The notes: generated by a model from the letters alone, not told the origin. DNA of 64,000 nt from Candidatus Dormiibacterota bacterium (GCA_036390825.1 DASWBA010000116.1:37442-101441), one strand, 5' to 3'. Counted from the first letter of the stretch, positions 51,941 to 61,414 are shown. Translations and numbers: made by a program.

Positions 51941-52407
51941 TAGCGCACCTCGACGATCAGCATCTTGGTGGAGCCTCCGGGCGTCACCACGGAGACGTCG
52001 TCGCCGACATGCTTGCCGAGCAGCGCTTTGCCGACCGGTGACTCGAGTGAGATCCGGCCCTTGCTCGGTTCGGCCTCGGCCGAGCCGACGATGGTGAAGG
52101 CCTCGTCCCCGTACTCGTCGTGTACCTTCACCGTCGACCCGACTTCGACGATGCCCTTGACGTGCTTGCCCTCGATGATGCTGGCATTGCGGACCAACTT
52201 CTCGAGCAGGAGGATGCGACCCTCGACGAAGCCCTGCTCGTTCTTGGCGTCATCGTATTCGGCGTTCTCGTTGATATCGCCGAACTCTTTGGCCTGCCGG
52301 ATACGCTCGGCGACCTCGGGCCGGCGCTTGCTGCGCAGCACCTCGAGCTCCGCCTGGAGCCGGTTCAACCCTTCCTGGGTGAGATAAACAACCTTGTCGT
52401 TTTCCAT
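51940..52407 (-). CDS. greA: transcription elongation factor GreA
   Basis: MENDKVVYLTQEGLNRLQAELEVLRSKRRPEVAERIRQAKEFGDINENAEYDDAKNEQGFVEGRI... is the classic GreA. ATG 52407 was chosen. Confidence 0.9.
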   Translation of the reverse strand: MENDKVVYLTQEGLNRLQAELEVLRSKRRPEVAERIRQAKEFGDINENAEYDDAKNEQGFVEGRILLLEKLVRNASIIEGKHVKGIVEVGSTVKVHDEYGDEAFTIVGSAEAEPSKGRISLESPVGKALLGKHVGDDVSVVTPGGSTKMLIVEVR

Positions 52408-52480
52408 GGTTCTCCCTTCTCGGAGTCGCCTAGCGGCTCCCAGAGCCGCCGTATTATACGGGATTCCCGCCGCGAGTTCG

Positions 52481-52948
52481 CTACCCCAGAATTTGAATTG
52501 AAAGCGGGGGCAAATTCTCCCGGACCCGGGCTCCAGCACCCATCGGCAGGACGGTCAGGAAGAGCCCGTGGAGCGTGTAGGTTCCGGCCGCCAGCCGGCT
52601 CGAGGTGGGCCAATCGGCAGTGAAGATCGCGGTCTCGCCGGCGGCGAGCTGCTTGTGGCCGAAGGCCATACACATGATCGCGGGCACCGGCTCCTCCCAG
52701 ACGGTCTGGCGCTGGCTGTCCTCGGCCCAGATGTGAAGCGTCTGGACGCAGCCGATCTCGTAGTCGATCGGCCCGGTCACGGTCAGCGTCAGGTGAACGG
52801 TGCCGCCGGCCGCAATTGAGGCCGGCCAGGCCTGGGCCTGAAAGGGGCCGTTCGTTCCCGAGACGCTCGCCGACGGAGCCGGTCCCGCCGCCTGGGCTCC
52901 GCAGCCGGCGACGATCAGGGCGACGAAAAGCGGCCAGATACGGTCCAT
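52481..52948 (-). CDS. lipoprotein (possibly BsuPI-like protease-inhibitor fold)
   Basis: MDRIWPLFVALIVAGCGAQ carries a lipobox (VAGC), followed by a beta-rich mature domain. The fold assignment is speculative. Confidence 0.55.
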   Translation of the reverse strand: MDRIWPLFVALIVAGCGAQAAGPAPSASVSGTNGPFQAQAWPASIAAGGTVHLTLTVTGPIDYEIGCVQTLHIWAEDSQRQTVWEEPVPAIMCMAFGHKQLAAGETAIFTADWPTSSRLAAGTYTLHGLFLTVLPMGAGARVRENLPPLSIQILG

Positions 52949-52985
52949 GCCGGTATGACGGGGCCGGGGCGGAAAAGTTCCCGAG

Positions 52986-54008
52986 TCAGGCCGCTTCGCA
53001 GGAGGCCGGCGTGTCCTCGATCTCGCCATCCAGCCAGAACGGACCTGGATCGATTGCCAGGGCGGCGTCGAGCACGACCGTGACGTCGGTCGGGCTGCTG
53101 ACGGATTGCACCATGGTGCGCAGCCGTGCCGCGCCCCGGAATCCGCGTAGGCCCCAGGCGATGAACTTCCGCAGGAGACGAGGGCCGCGTTCGGGGCCGT
53201 AATACTCGAGCACCAGGTCGCAGTGGCGCCGGACCAGCTCGATCTGCTCCTGCCAGGACAGCGGGGCGATCGTCTCACCGGTCGTCAGGCGAACGACGGT
53301 CTGCCGCACCAGCCAGAGGTTGCCCAGAATGCCGCGGCCCAGCATCACCGCGTCCACCCCGCTCTCGCGCTGGCGCCGCGCCGCGTCGTCGGCGGTGCGG
53401 AGATCGCCGCTCCCGGCCACCGGGATGGTGACCGCGGCCTTGACCTGCGCGATCGCGTCCCAATCGGCCGATGGATCGTAGCGCTGCGACCGGGTGCGGC
53501 CGTGCACCGCGAGCCCCTGGATGCCGGTCGCCTGCAGGCGGGTCGCCATCTCCAGGTGGTTGCGGGTCTCGAAGTCCCACCCTAGCCGGATCTTGACTGT
53601 CACCGGCACGGACACGGCGGCGACCACGGCTTCGGCCACCCGGCTGGCGCGATCGGGATCGCGAAGCAAGGAGGATCCGCCGGAAGTCTTGACCACCTTG
53701 GGCACCGGGCACCCCATGTTGATGTCGACGACGTCGGCGCCGGCCGCCTCCGCCATCCGCGCCGCCTCTGCCATCACGGCCGGGTCGCCACCCATCAGCT
53801 GGACCGAGACCGGTCGCTGATCCCAGCGAAGGTCCATCAGGCGGAACGACTCGCGGTGATTTCGTACCAGCGCTTCGCTACTGATCATCTCGGTGCAGGC
53901 CATGCCAGCCCCGAATTCCCGGGCGATCTTGCGGAAGGGCGCGTCGGTCACGCCCGCCATGGGGGCGACGTAAACAGGCGAGAGGAGGGTATGCCGACCG
54001 ATGTTCAC
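52986..54008 (-). CDS. dus: tRNA-dihydrouridine synthase
   Basis: VYVAPMAGVTDAPFRKIAREFGAGMACTEMISSEAL, DINMGCPVPKV, VTVKIRLGW, VHGRTRSQRY. Confidence 0.9.
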   Translation of the reverse strand: MNIGRHTLLSPVYVAPMAGVTDAPFRKIAREFGAGMACTEMISSEALVRNHRESFRLMDLRWDQRPVSVQLMGGDPAVMAEAARMAEAAGADVVDINMGCPVPKVVKTSGGSSLLRDPDRASRVAEAVVAAVSVPVTVKIRLGWDFETRNHLEMATRLQATGIQGLAVHGRTRSQRYDPSADWDAIAQVKAAVTIPVAGSGDLRTADDAARRQRESGVDAVMLGRGILGNLWLVRQTVVRLTTGETIAPLSWQEQIELVRRHCDLVLEYYGPERGPRLLRKFIAWGLRGFRGAARLRTMVQSVSSPTDVTVVLDAALAIDPGPFWLDGEIEDTPASCEAA

Positions 54009-54023
54009 GGGGCTACCAGCCTA

Positions 54024-54203
54024 TCAGTCTTTTGGGCGCAGCCGAGTCTCGAGGAGCAGCGCAATCACGCCCAGCATCAGGATCGGGCCGACGTTCTGCG
54101 AGTTGATGAAGATGGCGAAGAGCGTGGCCGCGGCGATAAAGACGGCCGCCGGGTCGCTGACCGGCGATGTGTTCTTGGGACTCGGGGTGATCTCGTCAGG
54201 CAT
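54024..54203 (-). CDS. 59-aa membrane protein coupled to coaX (below the ORF-track cut-off)
   Basis: MPDEITPSPKNTSPVSDPAAVFIAAATLFAIFINSQNVGPILMLGVIALLLETRLRPKD has two hydrophobic helices. Its ATG overlaps the coaX stop (ATGCCTGA). Confidence 0.35.
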   Translation of the reverse strand: MPDEITPSPKNTSPVSDPAAVFIAAATLFAIFINSQNVGPILMLGVIALLLETRLRPKD

Positions 54204-54960
54204 TGAGGTCGTGGATCAGCCGGAGCCCCTCCAGCATCAGCCGCTGGTCCACCAGCTCGATCACTGGGGTCTCGGCGGCGATCAACCCCGCCAGCCCGCC
54301 GGTCGCGATTACTCTCGGGTTTTCGCCCAGCTCCTTCTTGATCCGGGCCACCATACCTTCGACCTGCGCCGTGAACCCGAAGATGATGCCGGCCTGCATG
54401 CTCTCTGCGGTGGTCCGTCCGATGACGTTGGTAGGCGCCTTGAGCTCGACACGCTGGAGCCGCGCCGCCCGCTCGTACAGCGCGTCGACCGAGATCCCCA
54501 TCCCCGGCGAGATGGCGCCGCCAAGGTAGTCGCCTTCTTTGGAGACGACGTCGTAGGTGGTGGCGGTCCCGAAGTCGATGATGATCAAAGGGCCGCCGTA
54601 TTTCTTGAAGGCGGCCATCGCCGCCACGATGCGGTCGGCGCCCACCTCCTTGGGATCGCGATAGTGGATTTTCAGGCCGGTCTTGATTCCGGGCCCGACC
54701 ATCATCGGCTCCATACCGAAATAGCGCTCGATTGCCTGGATCAGGCTGCTGTTCAGCGGTGGGACGACGCTGGCCACGACCACCGCGTCGACGCTTTTGG
54801 GGTCGATCCCCTCCTGCCGGATCAGCTGCACCATCAGCAGGCCCAGCTCGTCGGGCATGCTGTCGCGCCGGGTGGCGAGGCGCCAGTCGTGCCGGAGCTG
54901 ATCCCCCTCGAAGAGTCCGAACGCCAGGTTCGTGTTCCCGAGGTCGATCGCCAGCAACAT
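54196..54960 (-). CDS. coaX: type III pantothenate kinase
   Basis: MLLAIDLGNTNLAFGLF, GADRIVAAMAA, LIIIDFGTATTYDVV, GGAISPG. ATG 54960 was chosen. Confidence 0.9.
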   Translation of the reverse strand: MLLAIDLGNTNLAFGLFEGDQLRHDWRLATRRDSMPDELGLLMVQLIRQEGIDPKSVDAVVVASVVPPLNSSLIQAIERYFGMEPMMVGPGIKTGLKIHYRDPKEVGADRIVAAMAAFKKYGGPLIIIDFGTATTYDVVSKEGDYLGGAISPGMGISVDALYERAARLQRVELKAPTNVIGRTTAESMQAGIIFGFTAQVEGMVARIKKELGENPRVIATGGLAGLIAAETPVIELVDQRLMLEGLRLIHDLNA

Positions 54961-54988
54961 CGCCGTCAGTCTACCCGCGCTGAACTCG

Positions 54989-55291
54989 ATGCTTCGGTTT
55001 TTACAATGGTGTGTGGCCACCGCCCCGACGAACGCGGCTGCCGAGGAGATGCGCAAGCTGCGGCCGTTCTGGCGGGACGGCCGGATCCTCCAGTGGCCGG
55101 CTCGCGAAAGCCGCCGAAGGCTCGTTTTGGCGGAGGTTATCAGGGCGATTCCACTGGGCAAGCGCCTGGCGGAGACGGAGGTCGATGCCATCCTGCGCCA
55201 GTCCTGGCCCGATCACTGCCAGTTGCGGCGAGCGCTGATCGAGCGCGAACTGCTGAACCGAAAAGACGGCGTCTACTGGCGGGTGGGTTAG
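54989..55291 (+). CDS. DUF2087-like domain protein
   Basis: RLVLAEVIRAIPLGKRLAETEVDAILRQSWPDHCQLRRALIERELLNRKDGVYWR matches the DUF2087 pattern as I recall it. The start is uncertain. Confidence 0.55.
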   Translation: MLRFLQWCVATAPTNAAAEEMRKLRPFWRDGRILQWPARESRRRLVLAEVIRAIPLGKRLAETEVDAILRQSWPDHCQLRRALIERELLNRKDGVYWRVG

Positions 55292-56121
55292 TAGATGTCT
55301 TCTTTGCGAGAGTCTTCGTCGGCCTCGGGGACTTCCACCTCGTCCTCCGCGGACTCCACCGTATGCATGCCGTCGAGCTCCTCGGCCGGCTCCTCGCCGT
55401 CTTCCTCGGTCTCCTCGGCATCCGCCGCCCGGTTGAGCAGCGAATCTTTGGCGTAGGGCCGGAACTCGTCCCGTCCCGCCTTCTTGATCGGGAATGACGG
55501 CCGGCCGAAGAACTTGGGATCCTGGTAGGTCTCCCGAACGATGACCTTGACCCCGCCCGGGTCGCACGAGGCGACGGCGCCGGAATACTTGTTGCCGCCT
55601 TCGAGGAATTTGATCAGGCGGCGCCCGAGCGCGTGCTCGAGGTGGCCCAGGTAGACGCCGCGCGACGTCTCCACGTTCATGGTGTCGCCGGCCACGATTA
55701 GCTTGACCGGGTCGCCCCCGGAGACCTTGGCGCAGGGGTCACCCTCGGCGTGCATGTGGAGCGCGGTGAGCGCGGTCTTACCCGTCTCTTCGATGAAGGC
55801 ATCGACATTCACCTTCGCCTTCGACGCCGGCACGGGCTGGCCGCCGCGAAGCGCCTGGAGCTTCGCCAGGTTCTTGACGGCGATCGGGTTCACGGGGTTG
55901 AGCTTGAGGGTGCTCTTGTAGGCATCGGTGGCGTTCTCCAGCTGGCCAAGCTCGGTATACGCCTTGCCCAACCGGTTGAGGGTGTCCTCGTCCGGGCCGA
56001 ACCGGTCCATGATGCCCCGATTCACCTGGACCGCTTCCGTCCACTTGCTCGCCAGGGCCAGCTCGATTGCCTCATCGACGTACTGGGCCCGTGGTTTGAT
56101 GCGCTCTGCGAATTCGGCCAA
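55288..56121 (-). CDS. TPR-repeat protein with acidic C-terminal tail
   Basis: TPR-like helices (LNRLGKAYTELGQLENATDAYKSTLKLNPVNPIAVKNLAKL) and a C-terminal EETEEDGEEPAEELD...EDEVEVPEADED tail. Confidence 0.6.
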   Translation of the reverse strand: MAEFAERIKPRAQYVDEAIELALASKWTEAVQVNRGIMDRFGPDEDTLNRLGKAYTELGQLENATDAYKSTLKLNPVNPIAVKNLAKLQALRGGQPVPASKAKVNVDAFIEETGKTALTALHMHAEGDPCAKVSGGDPVKLIVAGDTMNVETSRGVYLGHLEHALGRRLIKFLEGGNKYSGAVASCDPGGVKVIVRETYQDPKFFGRPSFPIKKAGRDEFRPYAKDSLLNRAADAEETEEDGEEPAEELDGMHTVESAEDEVEVPEADEDSRKEDIY

Positions 56122-56278
56122 CGCCTGCCCTCCTGAATGCGTCGTATACCCTACGCGCGGGTGAAAAGCATTGTCAAGCCCGGATACAACTTGCCAGGCA
56201 TCACAACGGGGGACGCGCTCGATGCTTGTGCAAAAGCCGCAAGATTATTAATAGGTATTAGAAGACTTGCCCAATTAG

Positions 56279-56307
56279 TTGCAGGGGCTCGGGCAAGGTT
56301 GTATAAA
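56279..56307 (+). promoter_or_regulatory. putative promoter of the liv-type operon
   Basis: ttgcag-17 nt-tataaa. The -35 element is bracketed by the inverted repeat cttgccc (56266-56272) / gggcaag (56291-56297). A strong SD aaggagga lies before ATG 56366. Confidence 0.4.
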
Positions 56308-56365
56308 GAGCTACGCCTTCGGGTAGCGAGCCGGGGTAGCATTCACCATTTCAAGGAGGACGTAT

Positions 56366-57637
56366 ATGAGATTGCCGAAGTTGCTAGCCGGGCTTGCCGT
56401 CGCAAGCGTGGCGCTGGCGGCCTGCGGCGCATCAGGCGGAACCAGTCAGACGATCAAGGGAGCCATCAAGATCGGCATCGACCTGCCGGTCAGCGGTTCC
56501 GATGCCTCGGATGGCCAGCCGACTCAGAACGGCGCCAAGCTGGCCGTCAAGCTGGCCGGCAAGGTCTGCGGGGCTTCGAGCCACACCGACGCGTGTTTCA
56601 CGCTGACGTCGTTCCCGCTGGATGATGCCGTCAACGGCGTCCACGACGTGGGTCAGGGCGCCAAGAATGTGACCCAGTTCGTCGCCGACAGCAGCGTCCT
56701 CGCCATGGTCGGACCGTTCAACAGCGGTGTGGCCGCCGGCGAAATCCCGATCGCCAATAGTGCCAACATGGCCATGATCAGCCCGGCCAACACGAATGAG
56801 TGCCTGACGCAGGAGCCCGCTGACGGCCACTGCAAGGGCCAGGCGGCCAAGCTCCGTAGTGCTACGGGAAAGAACAACTACTTCCGCGTCTGCACCACGG
56901 ACCTGATCCAGGGCCCCGCCGCGGCGGATTACGCCTACAACAAGCTCGGAAAGAAGAAGGTCTACGTCCTGAATGACCAGCAGCAGTACGGGCTGGGCAT
57001 CGCCAAGAACTTCGCCGCGCAGTTCGCCAAGGACGGCGGCACGGTGCTGAATCCCACGGACCTCGGCGCCTTCGATCCGACCTCCACGACCGACTTCAAG
57101 TCGTCGCTGAGCCGGGCCCAGTCCCTGGGTGCCGACGTCGTCTTCTTCGGAGGCACTACCGCCACCAAGGGCGGACAGATCCGTAAGCAGATGGCCGGGC
57201 TCATCAACGTGCCGTATGTCGCCGGTGACGGCATCTCCGGAAACCAGTTCGCCAAGGACGCTGGCGCCAATGCCGCGGATAGCTACTTCACCGTTGCCGG
57301 TCCGTATCCGTTGAAGCTGGCGACCGCCCAGACCTTCAATGCGGCCTACAAGTCGGAATACGGTGCCGACCCCGGTGCTTACAGCGCGCAGGCCTACGAC
57401 GCCGCCAAGATCATCATCAGCGCGATCAGTAAGGCGATCGACGACGCGGGCGGCAGCATGCCGACCCGCGACCAGGTGCGCGCCCAGGTCGCCAAGACGC
57501 AGGGCTACAACGGCGCCATCGGGACCACCAGCTTCGACGCGAACGGCGACACGACCTTGAAGATCATCACGATCTACAAGTGGACCTCCGCGACCGACAC
57601 CGGCGGTACCTTCGTCGACCAGGTCACCGTCGCCTAA
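56366..57637 (+). CDS. branched-chain amino acid ABC transporter substrate-binding lipoprotein
   Basis: Lipoprotein signal LAGLAVASVALAACG, then a type I periplasmic-binding fold (IKIGIDLPVSGSDA, VGPFNSGVA, YFRVCTTD, VYVLNDQQQYG). Confidence 0.9.
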   Translation: MRLPKLLAGLAVASVALAACGASGGTSQTIKGAIKIGIDLPVSGSDASDGQPTQNGAKLAVKLAGKVCGASSHTDACFTLTSFPLDDAVNGVHDVGQGAKNVTQFVADSSVLAMVGPFNSGVAAGEIPIANSANMAMISPANTNECLTQEPADGHCKGQAAKLRSATGKNNYFRVCTTDLIQGPAAADYAYNKLGKKKVYVLNDQQQYGLGIAKNFAAQFAKDGGTVLNPTDLGAFDPTSTTDFKSSLSRAQSLGADVVFFGGTTATKGGQIRKQMAGLINVPYVAGDGISGNQFAKDAGANAADSYFTVAGPYPLKLATAQTFNAAYKSEYGADPGAYSAQAYDAAKIIISAISKAIDDAGGSMPTRDQVRAQVAKTQGYNGAIGTTSFDANGDTTLKIITIYKWTSATDTGGTFVDQVTVA

Positions 57638-57653
57638 CGGCGTAACCGACGCA

Positions 57654-57677
57654 GGGGCAGGGCCGGCGCCCTGCCCC
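57654..57677 (+). terminator. GC-rich hairpin between the binding-protein and permease genes (partial terminator/attenuator)
   Basis: ggggcagggc cggc gccctgcccc forms a 10-bp stem followed by only a weak T tract. Confidence 0.4.
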
Positions 57678-57746
57678 CTTCCTTGAAGCCGGCGGCCCGG
57701 CTGGCTACACTGTGGGGCAGCCGATTTCGCGAGCCAGGGAGGAGGG

Positions 57747-58658
57747 ATGCGCTTCTTTGTCGAGCAGCTAACCTTTGGACTGACCAACGGGGCCATCTAC
57801 GCTCTCATCGCCCTGGGCTACACGATGGTCTACGGCATTATCGAGCTGATCAACTTCGCACACGGCGACATCTTCACCGTCGGCGGGTTCCTCGGCTTGA
57901 CCGTGATCGGCTTGATCGGCCTCGATCGGGCCCCAGCGATCCTCCTGCTGCCCGGGCTCGTCCTCGTCTTCGCGGTCGCCATGGGCCTGAATGGCGTACT
58001 GGGCGTCGTCATCGAGCGGGTCGCCTACCGACCGCTTCGAAACGCACCCCGGCTGGCGCCATTGATCACGGCGGTCGGGATGTCGTTCGTGCTCGAGGGC
58101 ATCCTCTTCTTGATCAAAGGGCCGAACCAGGTCTCCTATCCCAACCTGCTGCCGTCGGGGAGCGTCAACCTCGGGTTCGCTTCGATTGGGATCGCAGCCG
58201 TCCTGATCGTGCTGATCGCCGTCGCCTTGATGGTCGCGCTAAGCCAGTTCATCGGGCGAACCCGCATTGGTCGTGCCATGCGCGCGACCGCCCAGGATCG
58301 AGACGCTGCCCGGCTGATGGGGATCAACATCAATCGAACGATTGCCACCACCTTCTTCATTGGATCGGCGCTCGCCGCGGCCGGTGGCATCATCTACGGC
58401 TTTTATTTCCAGACGATCGCGTTTGATGTTGGATTCCGCGCCGGCCTGGTCGCATTCACGGCGGCGGTCTTTGGCGGGATCGGCAACGTGGTCGGGGCGG
58501 CCATCGGCGGCTTCGCCATTGGAATCATCGTTGCCATGATCAGTGGATACTTCCAGGGCGGCGCCCAATGGTCGGACGTCGTCGTCTTCAGCATCCTGAT
58601 CCTGACGCTGGTGTTCCGGCCGACGGGACTTTTGGGGATGCGGGTGCCCGAAAAATGA
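57747..58658 (+). CDS. livH: branched-chain amino acid ABC transporter permease
   Basis: 303 aa: NGAIYALIALGYTMVYGIIELINFAHGD is the typical LivH N-terminus. Confidence 0.9.
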   Translation: MRFFVEQLTFGLTNGAIYALIALGYTMVYGIIELINFAHGDIFTVGGFLGLTVIGLIGLDRAPAILLLPGLVLVFAVAMGLNGVLGVVIERVAYRPLRNAPRLAPLITAVGMSFVLEGILFLIKGPNQVSYPNLLPSGSVNLGFASIGIAAVLIVLIAVALMVALSQFIGRTRIGRAMRATAQDRDAARLMGININRTIATTFFIGSALAAAGGIIYGFYFQTIAFDVGFRAGLVAFTAAVFGGIGNVVGAAIGGFAIGIIVAMISGYFQGGAQWSDVVVFSILILTLVFRPTGLLGMRVPEK

Positions 58659-59818
58659 TGCGCCCGAAGGCTCGAACCCAGGGGAGCATCCTCGATCGGG
58701 TGCGCGATTTCGAAGTCCGTGGGCTGGGGGCCATCGGCCGCGGTCGCAACATTCCGTACCTGCTTCTAGGGATCGCGCTGATCCTTTTTCCCATCTTGGA
58801 TTCCGATTCATCGCACGTGAACGTGGCGGCCGATGCCGGCCACTGGATCCTGTTGGCTCTAGGATTGAACATCGTCGTCGGCTACGCGGGGCTGCTCGAT
58901 CTCGGCTACGCGGCATTCTTCGCAATCGGTTCCTACGCGTTTGCCATCCTGGCATCCGGCCAGTTCAACATTCACATCTCATTCTGGATTCTCCTCCCCG
59001 TGTCGGCCCTCATTGCTGCGATCTTCGGCGTCCTCCTCGGAGCGCCTACCCTCCGTCTGCGCGGTGATTACCTGGCGATTGTGACCCTCGGTTTTGGTGA
59101 GATCGTTCCCCGCGTGTTCCGGAATGCCACGCCAATCACCGGTGGTGTGAATGGAATCGTGGGCATCGACCAGCCGAAGCTGCCGCCAATTCTCAGCTGG
59201 GACGGCCGTTTTGGGTTCAATCCGGTTCCCTGGTACTACTTGATCCTGGTCGTGCTCGTCGTCTCGCTGATTCTCATCAACAACTTGCGGAATTCACGCC
59301 TGGGTCGGGCGTGGATGGCGATTCGTGAGGACGAGGTGGCGGCCGCCGCGACGGGCATCAATACGGTCACCACAAAACTGCTGGCCTTCGCCCTTGGCGC
59401 ATCCTTCAGTGGCTTCGCCGGCACGTACTACGCGTCCAAGCTCTTCCTCGTCGTGCCTGAATCCTTCAGCTTCCAAGCCGTTTCGGTGGTCGTACTGGTG
59501 ATGGTGGTTTTGGGGGGAATGGGAAATATTCGCGGCGTCATCGTGGGCGCGATCCTCATCTACTTCATTCAGACCTACCTCTTGATCCAGTTGCCAAGTT
59601 GGATTACGAGCGCCACGGCGGCGCTCAACGTCGACTTCCTCAACAAGCTCGATATCAGCGGCTACGTCCAGCGATCGAACTACCTGATCTTCGGCCTCAT
59701 TCTCGCCGGCATCATGCTGCTGCGACCGCAGGGCTTGATCCCGAGCGCCCAACGAAAGGTCGAGCTGGAACTCGGCACGACCGACGAAGCCGTGGCCGAC
59801 TTCAGCGGCTCGGCGTAG
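58655..59818 (+). CDS. livM: branched-chain amino acid ABC transporter permease
   Basis: LALGLNIVVGYAGLLDLGYAAFFAIGSY and LRGDYLAIVTLGFGEI. ATGA overlap with the livH stop. The track start at 58568 is over-extended. Confidence 0.9.
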   Translation: MMRPKARTQGSILDRVRDFEVRGLGAIGRGRNIPYLLLGIALILFPILDSDSSHVNVAADAGHWILLALGLNIVVGYAGLLDLGYAAFFAIGSYAFAILASGQFNIHISFWILLPVSALIAAIFGVLLGAPTLRLRGDYLAIVTLGFGEIVPRVFRNATPITGGVNGIVGIDQPKLPPILSWDGRFGFNPVPWYYLILVVLVVSLILINNLRNSRLGRAWMAIREDEVAAAATGINTVTTKLLAFALGASFSGFAGTYYASKLFLVVPESFSFQAVSVVVLVMVVLGGMGNIRGVIVGAILIYFIQTYLLIQLPSWITSATAALNVDFLNKLDISGYVQRSNYLIFGLILAGIMLLRPQGLIPSAQRKVELELGTTDEAVADFSGSA

Positions 59819-59825
59819 GGCATCG

Positions 59826-60689
59826 ATGCCGATCCTCGAACTCAAAGGCCTGACCAAGCGGTTCGGCGGCCTGGTCGCCGTCAACAAGGTCGACCTCACC
59901 GTCGACCAGGGCGAGATCTTTGCCATGATCGGCCCCAACGGCGCGGGGAAGACAACCGTATTCAACCTGATTGCCGGGCTTTACAAGCCGACATCGGGCC
60001 AAATCTCTTTCAACGGCAGGTCAATTTATCCGGTGCATGAGTTCTGGCGCACCTATGCACCACCACTCGCCGCCTACTATTCCGTGGCGGACCCGATTCG
60101 GCGTGGCCTTGGCCTGGGGCCGCTGCCGCTGGGCCTCGCGTCGCACGCGGTTACGACGCTGGGCGTGGCCCGCACCTTTCAGAACATTCGCCTTTTCTCC
60201 TATATGACGGCTTTGGAGAACGTCATGGTCGGCGAGCACCCGCGGATGCATGCCAAGGTCTGGGATGCTCTGCTGAACACGCCATTTGCCCGCCGCGAGG
60301 AGCATCGGGTCCGCGACCGGGCAAGAGAGTGGCTGCGGTTCGTCGGACTGGAGCGCTACGCCGATCAATACGCCCGCAACCTCGCCTATGGCATGCAACG
60401 GCGACTCGAAATCGCTCGGGCGCTGGCGACCCAGCCGAAGCTCCTCATGCTCGACGAGCCCGCAGCGGGATTCAACCCCCAGGAGAAGGCCGAACTGATG
60501 GTTCTCATCCAGGAGATTCGCAGCCGCGGCATTACCGTATTCCTCATCGAGCACGACATGAAGGTCGTGATGGAGGTCTCGGAGCGGATCGTGGTCCTCG
60601 ACTACGGCGAGAAGATCGCCGAGGGTCCGCCGCAGAAGGTACGCAGCAATCCCCGGGTCATCGAGGCCTACCTGGGCAAGAGCGCGTGA
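59826..60689 (+). CDS. livG: branched-chain amino acid ABC transporter ATP-binding protein
   Basis: LTKRFGGLVAVNKVDL, GPNGAGKTT, LAYGMQRRLEIARAL, LLMLDEPAAGFN. It carries an internal insertion (see findings). Confidence 0.9.
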   Translation: MPILELKGLTKRFGGLVAVNKVDLTVDQGEIFAMIGPNGAGKTTVFNLIAGLYKPTSGQISFNGRSIYPVHEFWRTYAPPLAAYYSVADPIRRGLGLGPLPLGLASHAVTTLGVARTFQNIRLFSYMTALENVMVGEHPRMHAKVWDALLNTPFARREEHRVRDRAREWLRFVGLERYADQYARNLAYGMQRRLEIARALATQPKLLMLDEPAAGFNPQEKAELMVLIQEIRSRGITVFLIEHDMKVVMEVSERIVVLDYGEKIAEGPPQKVRSNPRVIEAYLGKSA

Positions 60690-61396
60690 CCGCGATCCTG
60701 GACGTCGAGCAGATCGACGTCTTTTATGGACGGATCCAGGCGCTGCGCGGCGTCAGCCTGCACGTGGACGAGGGCGAGATCGTCACCCTGATCGGCGCCA
60801 ACGGCGCCGGGAAGACGACGACGCTGCGCGCGATCTCGGGGCTCACCCCCGCCAGCGCTGGTGCGGTGCGGCTCCGAGGCCAGGACATCACACGGCTGCA
60901 GGCCGAGGAGATCGTGCCGAAGGGCATCGGCCATGCACCGGAAGGCCGGCGGATCTTCGCCCGGATGACCGTTCGCGAGAACCTCGACCTGGGCGCCTAT
61001 ATCCGGCGAGATGGAGAAACCCGCGCAGACATGGACCGCGTCTATACCCTCTTCCCCAGGCTGAAGGAACGGCAGGGGCAACTCGCCGGCACCCTGTCGG
61101 GCGGCGAGCAGCAGATGCTGTGCATCGGCCGGGCCATGATGTCCCGTCCCAAGGTCCTCTTACTCGACGAGCCGTCGCTGGGGCTGGCGCCGCTGATGGT
61201 CGATACCATCTTCCAGGTCATCCGCGAAATCAATGCCGAAGGCACCACCATCCTGTTGATCGAGCAGAACGCCCTGAAGGCACTTGGAGTCGCGGCCCGC
61301 GGCTACGTGCTCGAGACCGGACGGATCGTCAAGGAAGGCACCTCCAAAGCCTTACTCGAGAGTCCGGACGTCCAGCGCGCCTATCTTGGGATCTAA
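60686..61396 (+). CDS. livF: branched-chain amino acid ABC transporter ATP-binding protein
   Basis: GANGAGKTTT, LSGGEQQML, LLLLDEPSLGLAP. GTG 60686 forms a GTGA overlap with the livG stop. The track start at 60329 is over-extended. Confidence 0.9.
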   Translation: MTAILDVEQIDVFYGRIQALRGVSLHVDEGEIVTLIGANGAGKTTTLRAISGLTPASAGAVRLRGQDITRLQAEEIVPKGIGHAPEGRRIFARMTVRENLDLGAYIRRDGETRADMDRVYTLFPRLKERQGQLAGTLSGGEQQMLCIGRAMMSRPKVLLLDEPSLGLAPLMVDTIFQVIREINAEGTTILLIEQNALKALGVAARGYVLETGRIVKEGTSKALLESPDVQRAYLGI

Positions 61397-61414
61397 GTCG
61401 CTGCCAGGCCATCG

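Noticed and set aside
54001-55497. 498-aa plus-strand ORF across the coaX region
   Set aside because: It is antisense to coaX, which has clear type III pantothenate kinase motifs, and to part of the TPR gene. The composition is low complexity.
56432-57796. 454-aa minus-strand ORF opposite the first liv binding-protein gene
   Set aside because: Same reasoning. The plus-strand frame has a lipoprotein signal and a type I binding-protein pattern, whereas the antisense product is Gly/Arg/Asp/Val low complexity.
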